Origin: Eledone cirrhosa
Lineage: Eukaryota
Reading direction: 5' to 3'
Length of the DNA stretch: 64,000 nt
NCBI GenBank assembly: GCA_964016885.1
Contig: OZ024746.1
Location: 10,912,001 to 10,976,000, forward strand
Below, piece after piece: positions 13,821 to 26,852 of the stretch. The position numbers and the translations under genes were made by a program. The notes under the pieces were generated by a model. It made no database searches and had not been told where the DNA came from. It worked only from the letters and a program-made list of their open reading frames with translations. Numbering within the stretch: the first letter of the stretch is position 1; each line of letters starts with the position of its first letter.

Positions 13821-14106
13821 TGAAGTAAGTATGTTTTGAAACGGTGAGCAGGTTTTTGAAATTAGAAAATAGAATAGCTTTCACCGTATTTTTGACTAAA
13901 GGAATGTTTTAGCCTGATAATGGGGTTTAGAACCCTCATATAAATGGAAAAAGATGAGTATTGACGTCAATACTCATCTTTTTCCATTTATCCGAGGGTT
14001 CTAAACCCCATTATCAGGCTAAAACATTCCTTTAGTCAAAAATACGGTGAAAGCTATTCTATTTTCTAATTTCAAAAACCTGCTCACCGTTTCAAAACAT
14101 ACTTAC

Positions 14107-14110
<4 letters not shown>
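13821..14110. repeat. 290-bp spacerless palindrome in (TA)n
   Basis: Arms of 145 bp centred on GAC|GTC at 13965/13966; only about 2 mismatches seen. Confidence 0.95.
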
Positions 14111-14157
<47 letters not shown>

Positions 14158-14407
14158 ATACTTTGGGAGGGTCATGTTGCCAATAAGAAACACACGCACC
14201 AGTTGCTTTCACTTCAATTTATTATATATTTATAAATTTATAAATTTACAAATCTACAAACGAAATATATACATAATAAAATGACTCGCTTGTGGATATA
14301 CAAGCACGTATATACACGCACACAATGTGTCTGTGCGTGCGTGCGTGTTTGTGTGTTTGTGTGTTTGTGTGTGTGTGTGTGTGTGCGTGTTTGTGTGTTT
14401 GTGTGTG

Positions 14408-14469
<62 letters not shown>

Positions 14470-14947
14470 AATGTATATCTGCAAGCAAGTCATTTTATTT
14501 TACTTCACGTTATTTCACTCCAATTCATTATTTCTGATGAGATGACTGGAGTACATGAATATTTGCCTTGTGCACCACATGGGATGTCGTCCAGAACCTC
14601 ACTGTAATGTATTATAAAGAGAAATATTATAATTCACTTCAGCATTCGTTTTTTTAGTCTGTTTAGCGTATCTTTATGCAAGGATTCGGCAATTTATACA
14701 TTTGTAATAACACCAGTTTCGGGCTTGTGCATCGAAATATACTTTCATTTGCGTCTTGAGATTAAACCATTATCTCTTTCTTTGTCTTCTTCCTCTCTCT
14801 TTGTCCCTCTCTTTCTCATTCCCCTCTCTCTCTCTATATATATATATATATACATATGAGTAGATATATATACATATACATACATACATATATATATACA
14901 TACATATATATATATGTGTGTGTGTGTCTGTGTGTGTCTGTGTGTGT

Positions 14948-15013
<66 letters not shown>

Positions 15014-15122
15014 ATGTATATTTGTATATGTATATACATATACACAGATATTTACATACACGTATATCTATACAGAGAACGAGAGAGTGTTCTCTGTGTG
15101 TGAGATAGAATGAGAGAGAGAA

Positions 15123-15195
<73 letters not shown>

Positions 15196-15657
15196 GTCTA
15201 TATACAGACTGGGACCTGATGCCAAAATGAAAGCAATGTATCATTTTGAATATCTTAGAAAGATCTTCAATCGCAGCGTGTACTTAATATCAGCGATAAA
15301 TAAATACCGCAGTGTGCATACTCTAACAGCACAAAATACAAGAAGAATATAATAAAAACATATATAGACCCATATGCAATATGTTTATATATAATACAAT
15401 ATATCTATGTATGACACAATATGTTTATGCATAATACAATATGTTTATGTATAACAAGCCGGTGCTTATTTACAAGATACTGAGATTCCTTTATAGATTT
15501 TGTAAATAAACTACATTTGTTGGTGTCTCATTTACATAGAGTATAAGCTTGACGGTCTCGTATAATTTAGTGATATCACTAACACAAGGTTGTCCAGAAT
15601 ATGGACCCCATTTATAATATGCGTGTATAATAAACGTACATTTATTTCTTGCTATGA

Positions 15658-15878
15658 ATATTTCTACTACAGGCACAAAGTCAGCAATTTGGGGGGGGGG
15701 GGGGGGGAAATTGATGAAATCCACTACAGTGTTTGACTGGTACTTTATTTTATCGACCCCGTAAGGATGAAAGGCAAAGCTAACCTCGGTGGGATTTGAA
15801 CTCGGAACGTAAAGGGACATAACTCTATGCTGAAAAGCATATTTAACGACGCTCTCCCGATACTGCCAATTCTCTGCC
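15658..15878 (-). mobile_element. SINE family 1 copy
   Basis: Matches the reverse complement of the consensus. Confidence 0.8.
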
Positions 15879-16359
15879 CTAAAAAAATCAAATAATAATA
15901 GTAAATATCAAAATGAACGAAAGCAGCAATTGTATAAAACAAATATACTATCGCTTTCATTTATTGAATCTTTCAACTACTCACTTCATTTGAACGTGTC
16001 TTAAGATATGTGAGCATCAAAGAATGTTAACCATTCACACACGCATACAGATATACACAAACACACACTCACTAATGCACACAAAGGACACACGATCAAA
16101 AGACAGTCATATATCTAATAATTTCAGCTGTTCAAATACAATCTTGAATGTTGTTATATAGGAGGTGGCAGTCGGTTCATGGCTGGCTTCCGATTAAATG
16201 TTTCTTTGCATATATTCCGACACCCTTTTCATATTCTGGTTCGATCCAACTTGACTTTCGCAGTGACCTTCATTCTTCAGAGTTCTGTGGTTGGTGGCTG
16301 TACTGTGGTGTTGCGATGGCTTGCGGTGTCTCGTACGGCCCCGTGGACCATATGAATAA

Positions 16360-16935
16360 CATGGGAAAATATCGAACAAAGGTACGCGATCAAATTTTAT
16401 GTGAAACTCAATAAATCTGCCACTGAGACATTTAATTGTTTCACACAAGCTTATGGGGATGCTACTTTATAAGGAAGTAATGTTTATAATTGGCACAAAG
16501 CTTTCAAAGAGGGCCGAGGAAATGTTGAAGACGAACCTCGTTCTGGAATGTCAATCTCGTCAGCAATAAACAAAATGAGGATGTGGTGAGAGCGGTGATG
16601 GCGAACGATGACTGCAGAAGAAATGGGCTTCGATAAAAATGTAGTTCACAGAATTTTAACTGACCATTTTCACATGCGAAAAAAAAAAAATGCGCAAAAC
16701 TAGAACCGAGCAAAAGCGAACCGGTTGGAAATTTGTCAGGGTTTGCTAGAAAGACTCAAAATTGAACAAAATTTATTGGGTAAAGTAATAACAGGAGATG
16801 AATTATGGTTGTTCGAGTACGATCCAGAGACAAAGCGGCAAAGTAAGGAGTGGCACATGAAAGATCCTCTAAGAAAGAAAGCACGTATGAGCAGATCCAA
16901 GATAAAAATAGTGATTATTTTTTACGAATTTCATA
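16360..16935 (+). mobile_element. Mariner transposase relic (second family)
   Basis: Frames give EQRYAIKFYVKLNKSATETF..QAYGDATL, WHKAFKEGRGNVEDEPRSG and VITGDELWLFEYDPETKRQSKEWH...KKARMSRSKIK; frameshifted and truncated at (TA)n. Confidence 0.9.
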
Positions 16936-16965
16936 ATACTATATATATATATATATATATATATA

Positions 16966-17165
16966 TTTGATATAGAAAAGGGTTCTATAGGACTAGAACT
17001 ATTTTATTCGGGAGAAATCTTCAGGAAGTCGGGTTCCTGATGATTTCTGCCGAATGAAACAGTTCTGGTCCTGTAGAACCCTTTTCTATATTAAATATTT
17101 ATACTTTGCTTTGTATTGAGTACCTTACTTACTGTGGTTGCCCCCGATTGAACCCGGGATAAACA
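16966..17165. mobile_element. Diverged fold-back element with HHR-like cores; related to 25413-25546
   Basis: Imperfect palindrome ~16966-17096 with CTGATGA-TTTCTGCCGAAT-GAAACAGTT on + and a CTGAAGA version on -. The tail TATTGAGTACCTTA..TACTGTGGTT is shared with ~25510-25535. Confidence 0.6.
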
Positions 17166-17169
17166 TATA

Positions 17170-17673
17170 TATGGTGGATGGGTGCTACACGAGAATGCTG
17201 AGGATGGCTCTGAACATTAATCAGTATACACTGAGGATGAAAAACTCAGCTGTACGGGAGCCTCCCAATAGTCAGCTCAAAAGTGACACAGAGGAGGCTG
17301 AGGTTAACTGGACATGCTCACCGACATCCAGAGTTGACACACTGGAAGAGGAAGACCAAGGTTAACATATATTGATGCCCTAAGAACAGACACTGGTCTG
17401 TTGGAGACGCAGGACAGATAATTGTTTCTACTTTAGGCACAAGGCCAGCAATCACCCAGTGCATTACTGGTACTTTATTTTATCGACCCCGTAAGGATGA
17501 AAGGCAAAGTCAACCTCGGCGGGATTTGAACTCAGATCGTAAAGGGACGTAACTATGCTGGAAAGCATGGCGTCCGACCCTCTACCGATACTGCCAATCC
17601 ACCGCCCCTGACAGATAATGAGGGACAGATAATGAGGGACAGAGACCGCTGGAGAGAACTCGTCAATGGATCT

Positions 17674-17675
<2 letters not shown>
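17170..17675 (+). mobile_element. RTE-clade LINE 3' fragment interrupted by a SINE
   Basis: VDGCYTRMLRMALNI..., LYGSLPIVSSKVTQRRLRLTGHAHRHPE and GRGRPRLTYIDAL motifs. Confidence 0.8.
17419..17607 (-). mobile_element. SINE family 1 copy
   Basis: Consensus match, with GACAGATAAT duplicated on both sides. Confidence 0.9.
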
Positions 17676-17713
<38 letters not shown>

Positions 17714-17794
17714 GTTGTGTATAGTGGTAGCTATGGTGCTTCCATAGGTGGTATGCCAAAATTAGCACTAGATATTCATCTGAGTAGAGTATAG

Positions 17795-18083
17795 ATATTA
17801 TAAAGAAAACGAAAAATCAGTGATGCATCTGGACTTAGTTTATTTCGTGTTACAAATGTTTCGCCGGCAGGTAGCTCGAGTCATGGTCCTTGTATGGATC
17901 TGGCTGATTCTACTTCTGCGGGTTCTTTCAGACACGGGTGTTACGTCCGGAGCAAATTTTATCACTCTAATCAACCAGATCCATACAAGGACCATGACTC
18001 GAGCTACATGCCGGCGAAACATTTGTAACACGAAATAAACTAAGTCCAGATGCATCACTGATTTTTCGTTTTCTTTATAATAT
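17795..18083. repeat. Inverted repeat: ~115-bp arms with ~60-bp spacer
   Basis: 17795-17909 is the near-perfect reverse complement of 17969-18083; the right end runs into (TA)n. Confidence 0.95.
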
Positions 18084-18411
18084 ATATATATACATATATA
18101 TACGCACTCAAACACACACATACATACACACACTCACACACACTCACACAAGATTAATAGTCATTTGAAATGAATGCAATCGTTTATTTCGCGTCATAAT
18201 GCAATGAAGTAATAATCTTATAAACAGGTTATTAAAACAAAGCTATAAATATTACCACGAACAACAACGTTGTTTATGGCAGTCTTTATACAACATTGCA
18301 GTATTTAGTGATGATGGATTTCTTTATACACTTAGTTTCTCTTTCTTAGACTTCTTGTCGACCGGCGTTTCTCTAAAACCAACATTATTCAGACATTTGC
18401 CATTATTGTGC

Positions 18412-18611
18412 ATTGGCAGGATCGGTAGAGCGTCGGACACTATGATTCGTAGCATAGAGTTACGTCCCTTACGTTCTGAGTTGAAATCCCGCCGATGTTA
18501 GCTTTGTCTTTCATCCTTACGGGTTCGATAAAATATAGTACCAGTAACGCACTGGGGTCGATTTAATCGACTCCCCCCCCCCCTCTCATGTGCCTAAAGT
18601 AGAAACAATTA
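18412..18611 (+). mobile_element. SINE family 1 copy
   Basis: Consensus match. Confidence 0.8.
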
Positions 18612-19448
18612 TTTTGTTGTGAAACAATTATTTTGTTGTCAAATAAACCTAAATAGATACCCCCAAATTTTTTTGTGGGGTGAGAAACAAGAATTTCTGT
18701 TCTCCGGGTTTAAACGTCTGTTATGAAATATTGCTGGCTTATTTAATGCTTAATTTATTATGAAACGTTAACTAAAATGGTTATTATGAAAGACATATTG
18801 TTAAATCCTGATAGTGCTCTAACATCGATCGCAGCAGAAATGGACTAATACACTATTTATAGATCTGGAATCGATGAAAAACATAGTTAATCTCGGTGCG
18901 ATTGGAATTCAGTCGGAAGGAATATCACAAAACATTATATCCGATGTTCTAACTACTCTGTCAATTCGGCGCTTATAGTTATTGTTATAAATATACAACA
19001 CATCTCTGACCACTTTACCACTATTATGATATAACTAAATCGTCTGCAACCTAATACTAACATCCTCGTGTGTCTTCTATGTGATGTATACTTAAATTAA
19101 ACAATATATCTAAGATTCTGATTCGACGATAAAAATAACATAGAAATGAGTTCTACTCCAATTTTTTAAAAATCTTTTAAAAGAAGATGAACTCTGCCAC
19201 TTGCCCCTGATCAACGTTGTTCTTGCTGTTTAGCCTAGACGCACCCCAGATCGAACAGATATATGATTGAAAACATTCCAGCTGAACCACTCCCGTCATT
19301 TGTTTGTAAGACATGGTGTACACCGGGCTGTATGATTGAAAGTATAGTTTGCTTAAAATGTAATTTAAATGAAAAAAAAAAAAAATTTCGCTCTACATAG
19401 CTGAATACAATAAATGTAATAAATAAATGAGTTTTTTGAACATTAATA

Positions 19449-19647
19449 ACAACATTCGATTCGTTTGCAATTATGCAAACAAGCCTCATTTTTAAAGCCA
19501 TGTCATTCTTCATTCTTTCTCTTGTGTTGGCATGTAAAAATGTAAACTGTTTACATGCCAAAACAAGAGCAAAAATGAAGGGTTCATTCTACTGACATGG
19601 CTTTAAAAATTATGCTTGTTTGCATAATTGCAAATGAATCGAATGTT
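19449..19647. repeat. Imperfect ~200-bp fold-back (MITE-like)
   Basis: AACATTCGATTCGTTTGCAATTATGCAAACAAGC..AAAGCCATGTCA pairs with TGACATGGCTTT..GCTTGTTTGCATAATTGCAAATGAATCGAATGTT; the inner part is also self-complementary. Confidence 0.75.
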
Positions 19648-21114
19648 ATCAAAATCGAAAATATCAGATTACATTAATTTAATTGAGTTTTTGCTGTAAT
19701 TTCTGACGATATTTTCAAGGATGGCATTACTTCCGAGTCTATTTTGACACTCATCAGATAAGTGTGTATATGTGTATGTGTATGTGTATGTATATGTATG
19801 TGCATATTTATGTGAATGTATGTATTAGCAATACATGGAAGCAATATGGCCAAGTGATTAAGCAGTTCGCTTTGCAATCCTGATGTCCCAACATCTTTTC
19901 CCATAGTCTCAGGGCAACCTAAATTTCTTGAGTAAACTTGCGATGAAGGAAACTAACTGGGTGGAAATGACATGTAACTCATACAGCCACCGTTGTCACA
20001 CAGTGCGTGCCACGCTGGCTCTTATTGCAGATTACGTTTATGGTAAGTCTACACGTATCTATAGACTTACCCAAACACTAACACACTAATTCAGTGAGCG
20101 GGTAGCTTAGTTAATCGAACGAATGAATATTCATTGTGGAAACCGACTGAGATTTATTAATTAGTAATACGCTTAATTTGATCCAATCAACTCCGCCATT
20201 TTGCAACGCTGCGAAAATTGGTGATTTTTTTTTTCGTCGTCAAAAGAAATCAGGAAATAGGATGAAAGAAATAAAACGAAATTAATATAAATGACTGTGT
20301 ATAAAGTTTATTGCCGGTAGCCAGTGAAGCATCATATATAAATCATATAAAATAACAATAGAAGTAAATAAAGGCCAACGAAAAACAATATTTAATGATT
20401 CAATGTCATTGTTACGTTCTCTCTTGTTTGTAATCAACGTATTTTCCTAAATGAATAAACATCAATAAAACTCTAGTAAAAATTGATTATTTGATGATTA
20501 CAACAATAAGGACAACAACAACAACAGTAACAATGCAATAAAGCAATAAATAAACAAAACAGATATAAAATAATATAAAAACATAATAATATGCTCCTCC
20601 CTCATACACTCATAAAAGGTTCTCTTAAAAATCAAACAAAATAACCCTCAAATTGATCGAATTCATTATTTTTTTAATGTTTATATTAATATTTACTTTT
20701 AGTTAATTAATCAGTTAGCGGGAGGGAGAGCATTTAATTGGAGAAACCATCTCGTGTTTTGTGATATAATAACAACGACGAAAAAAGCAATAACTAGCAA
20801 TAGTATAGTGTAATAATATAAAAACGAGACTACAAATTTAGATGGGGATTATGTTTGATTGCATGAACCCTATCACTTAACATCAACATATTCTATCGAC
20901 TCCAAAACGATAAAAAGGAAATCGAACCCAGGATGAAGTGATACCGCTGGCTTTTGATTAAATTCTATCTGTGCTGGAAACTAAGAAGAGTGTTGTAACA
21001 TCAACTATAGCAGCCATCATTGTATTTACTTTGGGGTTCGACTCGTTTTGCTGCTGCCTCTTGCACCATATTCTTTATATTTTATTTACCGTTGTTTTTA
21101 TTATTATCATTATT

Positions 21115-21900
21115 ATGCTTTGCGGCATTATGCTTTGCAGCATAGAGTTACGGCCTTTTATGATCTGAGTTCAAATCCCGCCGAAGTTAGCGTTGCCTTC
21201 CATCCTTACAGGGTCGATAAAATAAAGTACCAGTCACGCACTGAGGTCGATTTAATCGACTTTCCCCTCTCCCCAAAATTGCTGGCCTTGTGCTTAGATA
21301 AGAAACCATTATTATCATTATTATGCTTTGCGGCATTATGCTTTGCAACATAGAGTTATGGCCCTTTACGTTCCGAGTTCAAATCCCGCCGAGGTTAGCA
21401 CTGCCTTCCATCCTTACTGGGTCGATAAAATAAAGCACCAGTAATATACTTGGATTGATTTAATCGACTTTCCCGTCCCCTACAAATTGCTGGCCTTGTG
21501 CCTAAAATAGAAACAATTATTATTACTATGCTTTGCGGCGGTGGATTGGCAGTATCGGTAGAGAGTCCGATGCCATGCTTTGCAGCATAGAGTTACGGCC
21601 CTTTATGATCTAAGATCAAATCCCGCCGAGGTTAACTTTGCCTTTCATCCTTACGAGGTCGATAAAATAAAATACCAGTAATGTACTGAAATAATTACTG
21701 GCCTTGTGCCAAAAGTTGAAACAATTATTATGCTTTGCGGCATAGAGTTACGGCCATTTACGTTCTGAGTTCAAATCTCACCGAGGTTAGCGTTGCCTTT
21801 CATCCTTAAGAGGTCGTTAAAATAAAGTACCAGTCGATTTAATTGACTTTCCCCTCCCCCAGAATGGCTGACCTTGTGTCTATAGTAGAAATCATTATTA
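21115..21900 (+). mobile_element. Head-to-tail array of four SINE family 1 copies
   Basis: Repeated SINE bodies joined by ATTATTATGCTTTGCGGC junctions. Confidence 0.85.
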
Positions 21901-23974
21901 TTTTATTTTCCCTGCTCTGAGCAGAAGGTGATCAGTGGCTCATCTTCCACACATTTCACAACTATGTCTTCTCTTCTGCATCACAAATTTAATTGACTTC
22001 ATCTCCGGTACTACAAGGAGGGATATTTCCGAATAGCCACATGTTATTCAGAGCTCATCGGGATTTAGTTGCTCACACAGGTTTAGTTGCTCACCCAATT
22101 ACATGTTGTTGCAAGTCACCTGCGCCCTTACCACATTCTATCATTGGTATTGATGTTGTCGAGTCTAGAGGAACGGAAAACAGTGTCGTCTTCGAGAGGA
22201 CTGGAACGCAGAACATAGAAAAAAGACGACTAAATTAAAATACTACGAGGCAGGTAGTGAGACGCTCTACCCTCCTTGCCAACTCACAGCCATTGTATTA
22301 TTTCAATATCGATACTGACGAAAATGACAAAGTGAATAAATGCAATAATAGATTTCAACACAGAGATTTTATGAAAAAAAAAATGCCATGATAATTTAAG
22401 GTGAAGAGGTTTTAGCTGGAAACGGTTATCGCTATTTAGACAATACTTCTTTGTTTACAATAAAAGCAATTTATAATACGACACAAAAGCTGAAATGTAT
22501 GCAAATAGTATTTATATATAAAAGGAAGAGAAACTGAAGCTGCAAAGTAACAACAATGGTGAGGATGACGAATTAATAAATAACAAAGAAAACAAAGAAT
22601 GAGTAGAATACCAAACTGAAAGTCTATTCTTTGAAAAATCAATTATGGAAAATTTTCCTGATAAATAAAGGTTACGATTTAATATAACTTATGTATAATA
22701 TATACGTTTATATAATATAATATATATATATATTTACGTGGCATTTAATATTGCTTATATCTCATAATCATTTCAAACTTTGATACAGGGCCAAATATTT
22801 ATAGAGAACTTGTATAACCAATTAAATCGACCTAATATATAGGTGGCACATATATACACCTCGGAGCAATGAAAAACCAATGACGGCACTAAACGAATTG
22901 AACTAACTACAGCAAGGTATCGCTGTCTAGGGCTATACCATTCTACCATTCACTGTATTTGGTTTGTATCTCAAACCTGGATAGAATTAATTCATTACTT
23001 ATTTCTAGTACAAATTTACATAGGACTCAGCTGCAGTTGAAATAAATACCTTCAAGCCGGGAGATGTTCTGATAGCAACTATAATTGTAGTTGTTGCTGC
23101 TGTTGTTGTTGTTGTTGCTACTGGTGTTGTTGTTGTTTAGACCATGTCCACGCTCATTTTAACTCCAAAGAACAAAAAGAACAAAAACAAAAAATCCTCA
23201 TTGGTTTCTCCATATGAAACATGCTAAGTGCATTGCTAAAATGTAAAAAGAGTACAGCCAATCTTTTAATACATTATTTAATATATATTGTAAACCCCAG
23301 AACGATGAAAGACCACCTGGGTCGATTTCGAACTCAGATCGTAGACATTAAGAATAGATCTTATATAAATGTTCTGCCATTGAAACTACAACTTTGTTGA
23401 TTGTTTTACAACTAGTAAGTAACATCTACTGAAACATCAGCATTTCAGTTCACCACCCACAGAGGATGCAACAGAATTGAATTATATATGGGATAAATAA
23501 ATCACATAGCTATGTTGTAGTGTTTTTTTTTATTTCAACATATTTCCGTTTTGAAATCTTTTCTCATCGTTAATATTGTCTCACATTTGGCATCATTCAA
23601 AGACATACAATGAAGTCTGACATTGTTAACTTCTTTCTACTCTCAAACTATTTTTTTCATGTGTAACATTCGTATTCGCAGTACATACACATAATATACA
23701 AAAAAATAACCACATATATCAGTATAATATTAAGTATGATATAATATATCTCATAATACTCTTATGAAAAAAAGGAGAACATGCATAACAAGTAAATATA
23801 AAAAGCAGAAACTGCCTTTGATATTTTGATTTACTGCAATGAAATTGTGAGTAGCTAGGGTATTATCCATAAGACAATTCATTACGTGACAACAATACAG
23901 CAATAGAAACAAAATAAATTACTTCACTGAATCACAAAATCGATTGCTTCAGACCTGTAACATGTGACTTACAC

Positions 23975-24535
23975 ATACACATAGATATGCGTGTGCGCCT
24001 ATATACATACACATGCACTCACACATATGCGTGCACGCGTACACTCACAAACATACACACATGCGCGCATACACACACACATACACATGCATATGCGTGC
24101 ACGCCTATATACTCACACATGCACTCGCACATATGCATGTGCGTGTACACACACACACATATGCGCGCATACACACACACATACATGCACACACATATGC
24201 GCGCACACACATATATACACAAATATGCGCGCATACACACACATACATAAACACATATGCCCACGCGCGCACACACACACACACATACACAAATATGCAC
24301 GGATGCACACACACATGCACACACATATACGTGCGTACACACACACATATACGTGCGTACACACACACATATACGCGCGCGCTCACACAAATACACACAC
24401 ATATGCAGGCGTACACATACACATACATGCACACACATATGCGCGCGTACACGCACACACATATGCACAGGCACATACGCACAAATACACACATATGCGC
24501 ACGTACACACACGCACACACACACACATACATATA
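23975..24535. repeat. Long complex alternating purine-pyrimidine tract (CA/CG/TA)
   Basis: About 560 bp of cacacatatgcgcgcatacac-type variants. Confidence 0.9.
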
Positions 24536-24777
24536 TTATTTATATATATGAATATATGAGAATTGCGTCCTCATAACGCAATTCTCGTGTGGATACAGTA
24601 GAACGTGATTTGGGACATGGCTGTCCTTTAGAAATGCGGTTATAACTCATTTTAATCAGCTAGGTGGACTGGGACAACGTCAAATAAAGTCTCTCTCTCA
24701 AACATACAACATTCTACTGAGAATCGAACTGAAGGTAGTGAGACGAACTCCCCAACATCTAACCCAAGCGCCTTCAC

Positions 24778-24841
<64 letters not shown>

Positions 24842-24910
24842 AAAAAGAGATGAAATCGAAAATGCAACTGGAGTTTTATTTTTTTTTTAAATATATATAT
24901 TTATTTAGTT

Positions 24911-24948
24911 CCTTTACCGGTTTCGCAGTTTTTCTGCTTTTCAAAAGG
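24911..24948 (-). ncRNA. Minimal type I hammerhead ribozyme, U3-A8 variant
   Basis: Minus strand CCUU-UUGAAAA-GCAG(AAAAA)CUGC-GAAAC-CG-GUA-AAGG, with palindromic stem III ACCGGU. Lies in a ~130-bp element between (TA)n tracts. Confidence 0.75.
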
Positions 24949-24965
24949 TGAGTTGAGATGGAGGG

Positions 24966-25011
<46 letters not shown>

Positions 25012-25051
25012 ATATTAATAAATGGAAACTATATTTATAAAACCATATTTA

Positions 25052-25113
25052 TTTTATTATACATATTTCAAGGGCAACCAAGGCAAATTATGGTGCGCTT
25101 TCATCAGATAAAA
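25052..25113 (-). ncRNA. Type I hammerhead ribozyme, family A
   Basis: Minus strand UUUUAU-CUGAUGA-AAGcGCACCA..UGGUUGCcCUU-GAAA-UAUGUA-UA-AUAAAA. Confidence 0.8.
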
Positions 25114-25209
25114 TACAGATTTGTTTTATAAATAATAATTGACATACCCGGAAAAAAGACAACCTTATATATGTATATATATATGTATGTATATATATAT
25201 ATATATATA

Positions 25210-25388
<179 letters not shown>

Positions 25389-25549
25389 GTGTATGTATGT
25401 ATATATATATATGAGTTTATATAGAAAAGCTAATACTGTTTCATGCGAATGGAACGGTACTTGTCCTGTAGAACCCTTTTCTATATAAACTGTTTCGCTC
25501 TACACGTATATTGAGTACCTTATTTACTGTGGTTAGCTCCGACTCATAT

Positions 25550-25628
<79 letters not shown>

Positions 25629-25892
25629 TATATAAGTAGAAGGGGGTATTTAATTTGTTGGAAATCCGACAAATATAAATATAAATGTTTATAACTGATT
25701 TAGAGCACTCAACAGTTTCTGCAGTAAATAGTCGTTTAAATAAACGGTTGTTTTTAAATTATTTACATATTCATTTGCATATTCACCCATAAGTTTGAAA
25801 AATCCCTAATACATTTCCACTATCCAGAGAATATCCAATTGATAAGGCATGATTTTCCTGGGTATGCCTCTATTTATAAAACAAATTTTCTA

Positions 25893-25951
25893 TTTTATCT
25901 GAAGAAAGCGTACCAAAGTCTTTTGGTACCCTTGAAATATATATAATAAAA
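25893..25951 (+). ncRNA. Type I hammerhead ribozyme, family A
   Basis: UUUUAU-CUGAAGA-AAGcGUACCAAA(GUCU)UUUGGUACcCUU-GAAA-UAUAUA-UA-AUAAAA. The element's inverted 3' tail lies at ~25632-25720. Confidence 0.85.
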
Positions 25952-25991
25952 TAATATGGTTTTATAAATATAGTTTCCATTTATTTAATAA

Positions 25992-26058
<67 letters not shown>

Positions 26059-26669
26059 CATAAACATATACATACATATACATATATACACTTTCGATAT
26101 ATACCATGTTAGTGTGCAGATATGTAAATTAGCAATTAGCAAAATCTATAAACACCGATGGGAAAAGCGAAAACCCGTATTTTAGAAATGGAGTCCTTTG
26201 ACAGACACTGAATTACCAATACTCCTTTGTCAATCTCCCTGTCAGAGCTACTGTGGACAGTAACAAACGATGCTATTGTTCACAAATTACCATATGAAAT
26301 ATACAAATTCATTCATTAATGAATACACAAATAAATATATCATCGAACCACAAAGTTTAATTCTACAATGCCAGTGTCTCCAGCAGTTAATTCAGTTGTA
26401 CATATTCACTCTTAAAAAAAAAAACATCAATATGTTCTACTGAAGAGCGCTGCACATAAAGTTAACTTTTTATATTATATTTGGTACACATTACTGGAGT
26501 TAGTGTTATAATGTGCTCGGTCATCAGAAGAAGGCTGGTAGCTGTAAAAGCTAAACTAGCTATCTTCATTTCAGCATTGATGGTTACCCATATTTATTGT
26601 CATGACTCTTAAGGCCGAAATAATACGATCGTGAATACAAGCGGGTGTTCCTCCGAAGGGTCTCGAAAG

Positions 26670-26852
26670 TCTGAGTAGCTCTGAGAACTGGGAGTCGCTC
26701 CAGTCACTTCTGCTACTTCTCTGCATCGAGAGATCACAGCTCAGGTTCGACTGACATGTGCTTAGAATGTCTAAGGAAAGAATCGCAGGAGAGATTTTAC
26801 GGGCAAGACTGCGAGCAAGATGGTTGGAAAACATCCATAACCTCATTTGTCT
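26670..26852 (+). mobile_element. RTE-like LINE 3' fragment
   Basis: LLLCIERSQLRFD*HVLRMSKERIAGEILRA..RARWLENI resembles the RTE C-terminal motif QLRWFGHVxRM. Confidence 0.6.
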
